A stretch of DNA of 43,770 nt from a virus, in the IMG/VR virus record IMGVR_UViG_3300036924_000004. One strand, given 5' to 3'. Under the pieces are notes generated by a model that worked only from the letters and a program-made list of their open reading frames with translations, did not search any database and was not told the origin of the DNA. Numbering within the stretch: the stretch's first letter is position 1; each line of letters opens with the position of its first letter. This document shows positions 1-7,097 of this stretch, piece after piece. Position numbers and translations under genes: made by a program.

Positions 1-131
1 CTCCAGCAGCGCAACCGCCACAAGGCTATCCTGCTCCAGCAGCGCAACCGCCACAAGGCTATCCTGCTCCAGCAGCGCAACCGCCACAAGGCTATCCTGC
101 TCCAGCAGCGCAACCGCCACAAGGCTACGCT
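1..131 (+). repeat. 33-bp tandem repeat ctccagcagcgcaaccgccacaaggctatcctg, 3 perfect units plus a diverged 4th; coding (11-aa repeat)
   Basis: Direct reading: units at 1-33, 34-66 and 67-99, diverged copy at 100-131. The same unit occurs at 43660-43770. Confidence 0.95.
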
Positions 132-185
132 ACACCTAGCGGAAACGGGCCTTACGCTCCTGATACTCCTCCCGGATACAGGTAA
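1..185 (+). CDS. ssDNA-binding protein, 3' portion of the gene starting at 43083 (gene spans the window junction)
   Basis: Codons from nt 3 continue the PQGYPAPAAQP repeat frame of 43620-43770. The protein ends PQGYATPSGNGPYAPDTPPGYR with TAA at 183-185. c(43770)+ct(1-2) gives an in-frame CCT. Confidence 0.75.
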   Translation, partial: PAAQPPQGYPAPAAQPPQGYPAPAAQPPQGYPAPAAQPPQGYATPSGNGPYAPDTPPGYR

Positions 186-191
186 CCGATG

Positions 192-223
192 GCTACTCGC
201 TTATAAGCTAGGCGGGTAGCTTT
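192..223 (+). terminator. hairpin plus short T run between SSB and polymerase genes (possible partial terminator/attenuator)
   Basis: gctactcgc (192-200) pairs with gcgggtagc (212-220): 9 bp including one G-U, 11-nt loop, followed by ttt. Confidence 0.3.
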
Positions 224-240
224 AGCCCTGAGGTCATACT

Positions 241-2205
241 TTGAGTGATTTGATAGACATAAGCGAAGACTTTGAAACCTACTCCGAGCTAGATGTAACC
301 GATGTTAGGCCGTGGGCGTACTCTATACATCCTAGCACCGAGGTGATATCATACGCCTATGCGGTGGGAGATGGTCCCGTTCAGCTATGGCTACCCGGTA
401 TGCCCTTACCGGGGCAAGTACTGGAACCCCATAAGTATCGCTGGAACGCTTTCAATGCGTTTTTTGAATTTGTTATTAAAGCTAATGTTTTAGGCTGGCC
501 GCTCCCGCCCATAGCAAATATCAGCTGCACTAGGTCTTTGGCCTTAGCTATGGCGCTGCCTAGGAACCTAGGGGATCTTGGCCGAGTACTAGGCTTACCG
601 GGTGACAAGCAAAAAGACAAACGCGGTAAGAAACTTATTCAGCTACTATGCAAACCGCAAACCAAGGGGCGCGGTAAAACCAAAGAGCGGTACCGTAACC
701 GAGATCCGGAGCTCTACCAAGAGTTCTACCAGTACAACATGCAGGACGTTGTTACGGAGCGCGAGGCTAAAAAGTACCTGCTGCCACTGCAGCCCGAGGA
801 ACGTGTTACCTGGGAGCTAGACTTTCTTATTAACCTTAGGGGTATACCGCTTGACATCGACTTTATAGAGGCCGCTGACGTCGTATATCAAAAGGCTAAG
901 CCCAAGCTAGCTAAGAACCTAGCCGCTATAACGGGGCTAGCTAACCCTAATAGTAACCCGCAGTTTTTAGCCTGGCTACAAGATAGGGGCTACCAAGTAG
1001 CTAATGTCAAGAAAGCGACACTAGAAGAGCTTAAGCTAACGGCTACTCCAGAAGACGCGGCGATAATAGATAAGCGGATATCCCTGGCACGTAGCCCCTC
1101 TACAAAGTACAAAGCGGCGTTCGAAAAGAAAGGGCTTTATAACCGCTTTCACGGGGCCTATGATTTCCATAAGGCTAATACCGGGCGTTTCGCTTCCACA
1201 GTTGTTAACTTCCAGAACTTACCGCATCCTAGTTTAGCCCAAGGCGACATAGAGACATGTATAAGCCTTATAAAAGACTACCGAGACGATGAAATACTGA
1301 CAACGCTTTATGGTGATCCTATAGAAGCGCTATCATCTTGTCTTAGAGGTATGGTTTACGCCAGCGAGGGCAACAAGCTAATCGTAGCTGATTTTAAGTC
1401 TATCGAGGCTGGGGTACTGGCGTGGTTAGCCGGGCAGCTTGATAAGATAGAGATTTTTAACACGCACGGAAAAGTCTACGAGCACGCCGCTAGCTTGATA
1501 TTTAACATCGCACTCGACGCCGTAAACTACACGCAAAGGCAAGCCGGTAAGGTGTCAGAGCTTGCTTGTGGTTACCAAGGGGGCGTAAATGCACTAACCG
1601 GTATGGCTAAAAAACTAGGCATAGACTTAGATAAGTCCGCCGCAGAACTGGGCTATGGTAGTGGCTTTGAGTTCGCGGCCTCTATAGTAAAAAAGTGGCG
1701 ACAAGCTAACAGCAATATTGTAGACCTCTGGTACGCCTCTGATAGGACAGCGCATCGGGCGATGCAATACCCCGGGGTACACCCTGTAAACGATAAGATA
1801 GCCTTTGAACGCTGGCGAGACTTTTTGCTAATGTGGCTCCCCTCGGGGCGCAGGTTATCTTTTAAAGACCCGCATTTTACGGCGGGCAAATACGGCCCAC
1901 AAATAAGCTGCTATAGGGTCAACGATAAGGGCCAATGGGCGCTGCATAATTTATATGGCGGTGACGAGGTACAGTCAGCAACGCAAGCCATAGCAAGAGA
2001 CCTATTGACCGCGGCTATGCCTAGGTTAGAGCATAGAGGCTACACCTTAGTCGGGCACACCCACGACGAGCTGATATCAGAGGTTCCTATCGGCTTTGGC
2101 TCTTTAAAAGAGATGATAGCTATTATGTGCCAACCGACCAGCTGGTCTGCGGGCATACCGATAGACGCTGACGGCTTCGAGGCTAGGCGGTATCAGAAAG
2201 GCTAA
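241..2205 (+). CDS. family A DNA polymerase with N-terminal 3'-5' exonuclease domain
   Basis: DFETYS (ExoI), YNMQDV (ExoII), VADFKSIE (motif A), RQAGKVSELACGYQGG (motif B), VGHTHDEL (motif C). TTG start 7 nt after GAGG; the ExoI motif at aa 10-15 forces this start. Confidence 0.93.
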   Translation: MSDLIDISEDFETYSELDVTDVRPWAYSIHPSTEVISYAYAVGDGPVQLWLPGMPLPGQVLEPHKYRWNAFNAFFEFVIKANVLGWPLPPIANISCTRSLALAMALPRNLGDLGRVLGLPGDKQKDKRGKKLIQLLCKPQTKGRGKTKERYRNRDPELYQEFYQYNMQDVVTEREAKKYLLPLQPEERVTWELDFLINLRGIPLDIDFIEAADVVYQKAKPKLAKNLAAITGLANPNSNPQFLAWLQDRGYQVANVKKATLEELKLTATPEDAAIIDKRISLARSPSTKYKAAFEKKGLYNRFHGAYDFHKANTGRFASTVVNFQNLPHPSLAQGDIETCISLIKDYRDDEILTTLYGDPIEALSSCLRGMVYASEGNKLIVADFKSIEAGVLAWLAGQLDKIEIFNTHGKVYEHAASLIFNIALDAVNYTQRQAGKVSELACGYQGGVNALTGMAKKLGIDLDKSAAELGYGSGFEFAASIVKKWRQANSNIVDLWYASDRTAHRAMQYPGVHPVNDKIAFERWRDFLLMWLPSGRRLSFKDPHFTAGKYGPQISCYRVNDKGQWALHNLYGGDEVQSATQAIARDLLTAAMPRLEHRGYTLVGHTHDELISEVPIGFGSLKEMIAIMCQPTSWSAGIPIDADGFEARRYQKG

Positions 2206-2207
2206 CT

Positions 2208-2492
2208 ATGCTAGAAAAAGACATACAAGCAAAAGTAAGACGGTACGCGGAAAGTAAAGGCTGGTTAACTCGTAAGTGGTCTTCTATGAACGTAAGGGGC
2301 GTACCGGATTGCATTTTCATTAACCCCACCGGCTATGTAATTTTTATCGAGTTTAAGTCTGAAAAGGGTAGGCTAAGTAAGCTACAGAAAATAGAGATAG
2401 ATAAGCTTAAGGCTGTCCGCGCTGTTGTCTATGTTGTGAACTCTGTTGACCTTGGGCGGCACATCGTTGACTTGTACGAGGGAGTAAGCTAA
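2208..2492 (+). CDS. VRR-NUC domain nuclease
   Basis: 94 aa with a PD-(D/E)XK pattern (GVPDCIF ... IEFK) and the typical size. Sits between the polymerase and SNF2 helicase genes, as in known phage replication modules. Confidence 0.8.
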   Translation: MLEKDIQAKVRRYAESKGWLTRKWSSMNVRGVPDCIFINPTGYVIFIEFKSEKGRLSKLQKIEIDKLKAVRAVVYVVNSVDLGRHIVDLYEGVS

Positions 2493-2494
2493 TA

Positions 2495-3850
2495 GTGCTA
2501 GACGAAAGTAACCTACACCGCTACCAGTGGAAAGCTACAAACTGTATATTGCATAACCCCTCGGTAGCCCTATGGATGGACATGGGTCTCGGCAAAACCG
2601 TTAGCACCTTAACAGCTATAGAGTATCTGCTAGGTATAGGCGAGGTTAAGCGCGTTCTAGTCATAGCGCCTTTACGTGTTGCGCTAACAACGTGGCCGGA
2701 AGAGATAAAAAACTGGAAGCACACGCAGCGGCTAAAGTTTAAAGTACTAGCTGGTTTGACCCCTAAAAAGCGCGGCGTTGCTTGCCTTAACGACACGAGT
2801 CCTTTGCACATAATAAACGTGGACTTGGTATCGTGGCTAGTTAATTTCTACGGGCGCCACTGGCCTTATGATATGGTAGTCATAGACGAGTCTTCTATGT
2901 TTAAGTCCGATAGCTCTAAGCGCTTTAGAAACCTGATTCGCATTCTATTTATGGCCCGGATAAACCGCGTAGTGCAGCTTACCGGTACGCCTACTAGTAA
3001 AGGCCTCACGGATTTATGGTCGCAGGTTTTTCTCCTGGACCGCGGCAAGCGCCTAGGTACTAGCTTTAAGACGTTTCTTGAGAAGTACTTCACCTACGAC
3101 GAGTACTCAAGAAAATCAACTATAAAGACTGGGTGCGAGGAGCTTATCTACGATAGCATAGCTGACATAACTCTAAGACTTGCGGCGGAGGACTATCTAG
3201 AAATGCCTAATAGGATAGAAAACTTAGTAGAGGTTACGTTACCGAAGCCCGCTCAAAAGATCTACGATGATATGCATTCGCAGCTCGTATGCGAGCTAGA
3301 GGGTGAAACGTTATCAGTAACCTTCGCGGCGGCTAAGAGCAGTAAGCTTTGCCAGTTAGCTAATGGCGCCGTGTACACAGGAGACGCCGGATCAGGCTTC
3401 TGGCGACCGGTTCACGACGCTAAAATGGAAGCACTAGATAGTATAATTAGCGAGGCCAGGGGAGCGCCGGTACTTATCGCTTACAACTTTAAATTCGACT
3501 GTGAGCGGATACAGGCAAAGTACCCTAACGCCATTAAGATCGGTGACTACCCCGAAGTGATATCAGACTGGAACGCTGGCAAGATACCTATTTTATTGGC
3601 GCACCCTAAGAGCGCAGGACACGGCCTAAACTTGCAACACGGCGGAAATATTCTGGTTTGGTTCTCTCCTAATTGGAGTCTAGAGCTGACCCAGCAGTTT
3701 AACGCGCGTTTACATAGACAAGGCCAGAAAAAGCCTGTATTTATACATACTATAGTGGCACGAGGGACTGTAGACCACGTTATCCTTGGATCGCTCTCCG
3801 GTAAGTTCAAGACTCAGGACGAACTACTAAGGGCGTTAAAAGCGGAGTAA
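2495..3850 (+). CDS. SNF2/DEAD-like superfamily 2 helicase
   Basis: GLGKT (motif I), VVIDESS (motif II), LTGTP (III), GHGLNLQ (V), LHRQGQKKPV (VI). GTG start. Confidence 0.88.
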   Translation: MLDESNLHRYQWKATNCILHNPSVALWMDMGLGKTVSTLTAIEYLLGIGEVKRVLVIAPLRVALTTWPEEIKNWKHTQRLKFKVLAGLTPKKRGVACLNDTSPLHIINVDLVSWLVNFYGRHWPYDMVVIDESSMFKSDSSKRFRNLIRILFMARINRVVQLTGTPTSKGLTDLWSQVFLLDRGKRLGTSFKTFLEKYFTYDEYSRKSTIKTGCEELIYDSIADITLRLAAEDYLEMPNRIENLVEVTLPKPAQKIYDDMHSQLVCELEGETLSVTFAAAKSSKLCQLANGAVYTGDAGSGFWRPVHDAKMEALDSIISEARGAPVLIAYNFKFDCERIQAKYPNAIKIGDYPEVISDWNAGKIPILLAHPKSAGHGLNLQHGGNILVWFSPNWSLELTQQFNARLHRQGQKKPVFIHTIVARGTVDHVILGSLSGKFKTQDELLRALKAE

Positions 3851-3854
3851 CGTT

Positions 3855-4355
3855 ATGCCCTCTTTCGGAAGAAAGTCTCGTGCTATACTGAGTACCCTAT
3901 GCGAAGACGCGCAAGACGTATTAATCGTAGCTATAAAATTTATCGATTTTTCCCTTATAGACGGCGCTAAAAAAGAAGAGCGCCAGACTCGGTTTTTTAC
4001 AAGTAACCCGCCGCTATCCCACGCGCGTTTCGGCCAAAGCGCTCATAACTGGAACTGCTCTTGCTGCTCTAGTAAAAGCTTACCGAAAGCTATGGCGTGG
4101 GATATAGTTCCCTACCCGGTGCCGCCATGGAATGACCCCCGCCCTAGCGCGATAGCCGAAACTGAGCGCAGGTTTAATGAGGTGCTACTAGTCTTATCAG
4201 TGGCCGCAGAAGCCCTTGGAATTGACATTACTCTCGGTAAAAATTTTTCGTCGAAAGATTTTCCGCACATAGAGCTAACGGACTGGGCTTTGCGCAAAAA
4301 GACCTTGATAACCACAGACTGGACCGATATATTCCAGGTTGGTACTAACTTTTGA
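3855..4355 (+). CDS. M15-family zinc peptidase (T5 endolysin-like L-alanoyl-D-glutamate peptidase), putative endolysin
   Basis: DFSLIDG...ERQ, SAHNW...AWDIVPY and DFPHIEL parallel T5 endolysin DFTIVQG, SKHITGDAIDFAPY and DGGHVEL. A Cys-rich insert lies between the His and Asp ligands. Confidence 0.6.
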   Translation: MPSFGRKSRAILSTLCEDAQDVLIVAIKFIDFSLIDGAKKEERQTRFFTSNPPLSHARFGQSAHNWNCSCCSSKSLPKAMAWDIVPYPVPPWNDPRPSAIAETERRFNEVLLVLSVAAEALGIDITLGKNFSSKDFPHIELTDWALRKKTLITTDWTDIFQVGTNF

Positions 4356-4467
4356 TGAAATCACTTGCGGGGAAGCGTGGCACTTAAAGTGAAAAGTTTA
4401 TACATACGGGCGCGAATTTTTAACTTTCGCTACGCTTTCCTGCAACTACCTAAACCGAGGGCCGCAA

Positions 4468-4611
4468 GTGACTTATACAGCAGAATTTATATGCCCTAAG
4501 TGCGGGCACAAGGTATACGTTAAAGGTGATTTAAGCGATGTATCCGAGACCTTAGGAAAGCGTTGCACGCGATGCACTAAAGGCCACTATGTTTTAGCAA
4601 AAAAGACCTAA
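4468..4611 (+). CDS. 47-aa zinc-ribbon protein (not in ORF track)
   Basis: GTG start 7 nt after GAGGG. Sequence VTYTAEFICPKCGHKVYVKGDLSDVSETLGKRCTRCTKGHYVLAKKT has CxxC...CxxC. Fills an otherwise empty gap. Confidence 0.4.
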   Translation: MTYTAEFICPKCGHKVYVKGDLSDVSETLGKRCTRCTKGHYVLAKKT

Positions 4612-4670
4612 AGTCTGTGCTGCCCGGTGCCGTATTAGAGATAAATATCACGGCAAACGAGGTAACGCAT

Positions 4671-4835
4671 ATGGACAACGACGTAACTATCCACTATCTT
4701 AATTGCGAACTAGAACTAAAGTACCAGGAAGACACTGGAAATTGGAAAGGTAAGGTAAACGGACGCTATATAAATTTCGAGTCCGTCGCCGTAGCCGAAG
4801 AGTTCTTACGCGAGATAGCTGACTTAGCAAGTTAA
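4671..4835 (+). CDS. hypothetical protein (54 aa; track ORF begins at GTG 4617)
   Basis: ATG 4671 lies 8 nt after GAGG; the upstream GTG at 4617 has no RBS. Confidence 0.5.
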   Translation: MDNDVTIHYLNCELELKYQEDTGNWKGKVNGRYINFESVAVAEEFLREIADLAS

Positions 4836-4838
4836 CTA

Positions 4839-5138
4839 ATGAGGCTTATCCCTATGACCGACGCCAAAGAAAAATACCTTCAGTATAACCTAGGTAGAGT
4901 ACTACGCGTTTTGACAAGTGTGTCGTTACCTGAGCTAGAGTCATTACTAAGCGAGGAAACCCCAGTCGACGAAAGCTTACTAAAAGCGAGGTTTAGCCAT
5001 GCTAAGGCTAACAAGGGCCACGAGGGTAGCTGCTTCGAAGACGACATAAAACTCGGTAAGCTATTTCTAGAAGACAGGCGAGAAAGTCTAGACAAGGCTT
5101 TTGAGCTGCTCACGGCCGCTAAAGAGGAGCTTAAGTGA
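4839..5138 (+). CDS. hypothetical protein
   Basis: ORF in operon register. Alternative ATG at 4854 after GAGG. The stop overlaps the next start (GTGATG). Confidence 0.55.
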   Translation: MRLIPMTDAKEKYLQYNLGRVLRVLTSVSLPELESLLSEETPVDESLLKARFSHAKANKGHEGSCFEDDIKLGKLFLEDRRESLDKAFELLTAAKEELK

Positions 5139-5317
5139 TGGGCGAACCGCTGTCAATCTGGTATCTTATCTCGGGTCTAGCTGTAGCCGCAGCTGTCTTA
5201 GTGTCGCTTCCTATCGTGCTTACCGGATTACTGTTCTATCTATTCCTGCGAAGTCACTTCGCTATAGCCCCAATGCTTGACGACGAGCCGCGGGACGAGG
5301 ACGACGATTATTACTAA
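5138..5317 (+). CDS. small membrane protein, holin-like
   Basis: 59 aa with two hydrophobic helices (IWYLISGLAVAAAVLVSLPIVLTGLLFYLFL) and a highly charged C-terminus (DDEPRDEDDDYY). AGAGGAG RBS. Confidence 0.5.
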   Translation: MGEPLSIWYLISGLAVAAAVLVSLPIVLTGLLFYLFLRSHFAIAPMLDDEPRDEDDDYY

Positions 5318-5385
5318 TCGGTAATAAGCCTAAAGTTTTTTGGCTCTCTCCCGATAAGATATATGTAACAAGGGAGGGCTTAACG

Positions 5386-5580
5386 ATGACAACTTTGATC
5401 TACAAAAAATTTAACACTTTCGAAGTTATAGACGGCGGAGATGGCATGATTATGGTCGAGGGTGTTATCGTTAATACCTTAACCCAAGCGGACGTTGTTT
5501 GCGAGGCTATCGAAGCTAAAAAACTTAAAACCTTACGCAGCGAGCAAAACGAAATCTGGTACTGCTGTTTAGCCGCTTAA
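5386..5580 (+). CDS. hypothetical protein
   Basis: ATG preceded by a GGGAGGG RBS; 64 aa. Confidence 0.6.
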   Translation: MTTLIYKKFNTFEVIDGGDGMIMVEGVIVNTLTQADVVCEAIEAKKLKTLRSEQNEIWYCCLAA

Positions 5581-5682
5581 CTAATAGGCCCTAAGCGCTA
5601 GCGCGCCACATCATAAAGTTCTCACTTTCGGCCGCAATTTAAGGTATTTACAGGTATCTTTTATTGTGGTCTATTTTTATGC

Positions 5683-5712
5683 TTGTAAAATTTTTTAACA
5701 ATAGGGTATACT
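5683..5712 (+). promoter_or_regulatory. sigma70-like promoter TTGTAA-N18-TATACT upstream of the lipoprotein gene
   Basis: Hexamers at 5683-5688 and 5707-5712 in a 168-bp AT-rich gap. Contains the conserved 17-mer TTGTAAAATTTTTTAAC. Confidence 0.4.
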
Positions 5713-5748
5713 TATTTCGTTACCTAAAAACCAAAGGGGGCAGCTACC

Positions 5749-6078
5749 ATGAGGCATCTAATATTACTGGTTCTATTGTCGGCTTGCGGCGCTACCGTTA
5801 AGCAAGTGCAAAAGGTGGAGGGCCAAGCGACTATAATCGCTAGGGTGGAAATATCTTTCCCGACCTGTGAGGGTATAGAGGATGAGGCCTTGCTTGTGGA
5901 GTGCGTTAAAGCATCGAAACTAGCGATAGAAGCTACCGGCCTAGACCTCAGCGAAGAACAGTTGAAAATACTAGCTGAGCTTGAAAAGCTGGCTGGTGAC
6001 AAGGAAGAAGAAACCGAAGACGAGGAGACTGGCGATGCCGAAAATGAAGACGGAGCTACCGCTGACGAGGGTACTTAA
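5749..6078 (+). CDS. lipoprotein with acidic C-terminal tail
   Basis: Signal peptide MRHLILLVLLSAC with lipobox LSAC. The C-terminus is E/D-rich. AAGGGGG RBS. Confidence 0.75.
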   Translation: MRHLILLVLLSACGATVKQVQKVEGQATIIARVEISFPTCEGIEDEALLVECVKASKLAIEATGLDLSEEQLKILAELEKLAGDKEEETEDEETGDAENEDGATADEGT

Positions 6079-6526
6079 AAAGTCGATAGTCCCGACCCGG
6101 TACGATAGCCTTAACCCTACGCGAAAGCTTATCCTAGAGTATCTAGTCAAAGGCTATAGCCTCCGGGACATGCACCAGACTTCGGGCTTGACGCTCAGCG
6201 CCCTAGATAAGAATAAAGACGAGCTTTTTTACTTAACTGGTTGCTCGTCTAGCCTAGAGCTTATCTTAACGTACTACCGAGATATGAACCCGAGTATGAG
6301 GTTTGAGCCTGTTGATGGACAAAAGCCCCTAGGCCTGCCCGTAGAGTCTCAAGAGCTGCTAACGGCTCTTACTAGAGGAGAGACCGCGGCGGCTATAGCG
6401 AACGACTTAGGACTGCCCGCGCGCACCGTTGGCACCAGGGTGTCTAGATTGCGCGCAAAAGTAGCTGGGGGAAAGAAGCTTAACTATCTGATAGTATTGT
6501 GGCTAAAAGCACTAAATAACTGGTAG
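6035..6526 (+). CDS. transcriptional regulator with two LuxR/GerE-type HTH units
   Basis: ETAAAIANDLGLPARTVGTRVSRLRAKV is a canonical GerE-type HTH. An upstream degenerate copy reads YSLRDMHQTSGLTLSALDKNKDEL. ATG 6035 lies 8 nt after GAGGAG (track start 5981 is inside the previous gene). Confidence 0.65.
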   Translation: MPKMKTELPLTRVLKKSIVPTRYDSLNPTRKLILEYLVKGYSLRDMHQTSGLTLSALDKNKDELFYLTGCSSSLELILTYYRDMNPSMRFEPVDGQKPLGLPVESQELLTALTRGETAAAIANDLGLPARTVGTRVSRLRAKVAGGKKLNYLIVLWLKALNNW

Positions 6527-6618
6527 ATCAAAAACGCTAAAGTTTCAGCTGTCGCTTACCGATAGTAATAATGTCAGCTGGGTTGCTGACGGCATATTTT
6601 AACAAAAGGAGAACCGAT

Positions 6619-6867
6619 ATGCTTAAGAACTTACACTGGCTTATTGCTGCGTTACTACTTATGGCTGTTGTGCTTGTGCTATCTGCGTGCGGGCAAGAGG
6701 CGAAATTTCATTCCGTTTACGAGACCGGTACGCTTAACAAGCCGGCGCCTCAGGACGATGAGAGACGCGTATACATTTGCGACTACGAGATTACTCCCGA
6801 TGGCGTTACTAAGGCCTATGTTTGCCGCGAAGTGCTTGACGAGGCTAGCGAGTTCTGCGGTGGGTAG
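6619..6867 (+). CDS. lipoprotein
   Basis: MLKNLHWLIAALLLMAVVLVLSACGQ signal peptide with lipobox. AAAGGAG RBS before ATG 6619. The mature part has 3 further Cys. Confidence 0.75.
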   Translation: MLKNLHWLIAALLLMAVVLVLSACGQEAKFHSVYETGTLNKPAPQDDERRVYICDYEITPDGVTKAYVCREVLDEASEFCGG

Positions 6868-7075
6868 GCGTAAGAGGCGGCCCAATCCTGAGCGGATTAG
6901 GGCCCGTTACCTTCTAGACGCTAAGGCTTGTATAGAGAAGGAGAAACACCGATACTTTTCTGAGGACGATGCTAAAGGAATGATCAGAAAGATAGCTAAG
7001 ACCCGCCCTGGTCTAGACCTTAAGTGTTACAAATGTTCACACTGTGGCTACTGGCATTTAGCTAAAAACCTATAA
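6860..7075 (+). CDS. small basic protein with C-terminal Cys/His cluster
   Basis: GTG 6860 overlaps the stop of the lipoprotein gene. N-terminus GRRKRRPNPE; C-terminus KCYKCSHCGYWHL. Only the 3' part of track ORF 6644..7075 is taken as real. Confidence 0.5.
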   Translation: MGRRKRRPNPERIRARYLLDAKACIEKEKHRYFSEDDAKGMIRKIAKTRPGLDLKCYKCSHCGYWHLAKNL

Positions 7076-7076
7076 C

Positions 7077-7097
7077 GACTGGGTTACACACCCAGTC
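7077..7097. terminator. 8-bp stem / 5-nt loop hairpin at convergent gene ends
   Basis: gactgggt tacac acccagtc. Overlaps the fibre gene stop, between the + operon end (7075) and the - operon end (7084). Confidence 0.35.

Noticed and set aside
5981-6034. Upstream extension of the LuxR-type ORF (track start 5981) and of the nuclease ORF (track start 41630)
   Set aside because: The extensions overlap the preceding genes and lack RBSs. Internal ATGs (6035, 41681) sit behind GAGGAG/GAGGG.
6644-6859. 5' two thirds of track ORF 6644..7075 overlapping the lipoprotein gene in another frame
   Set aside because: The lipoprotein frame has an RBS, signal peptide and lipobox. The alternative frame is Arg/Leu-rich nonsense until GTG 6860, where a plausible small protein begins.
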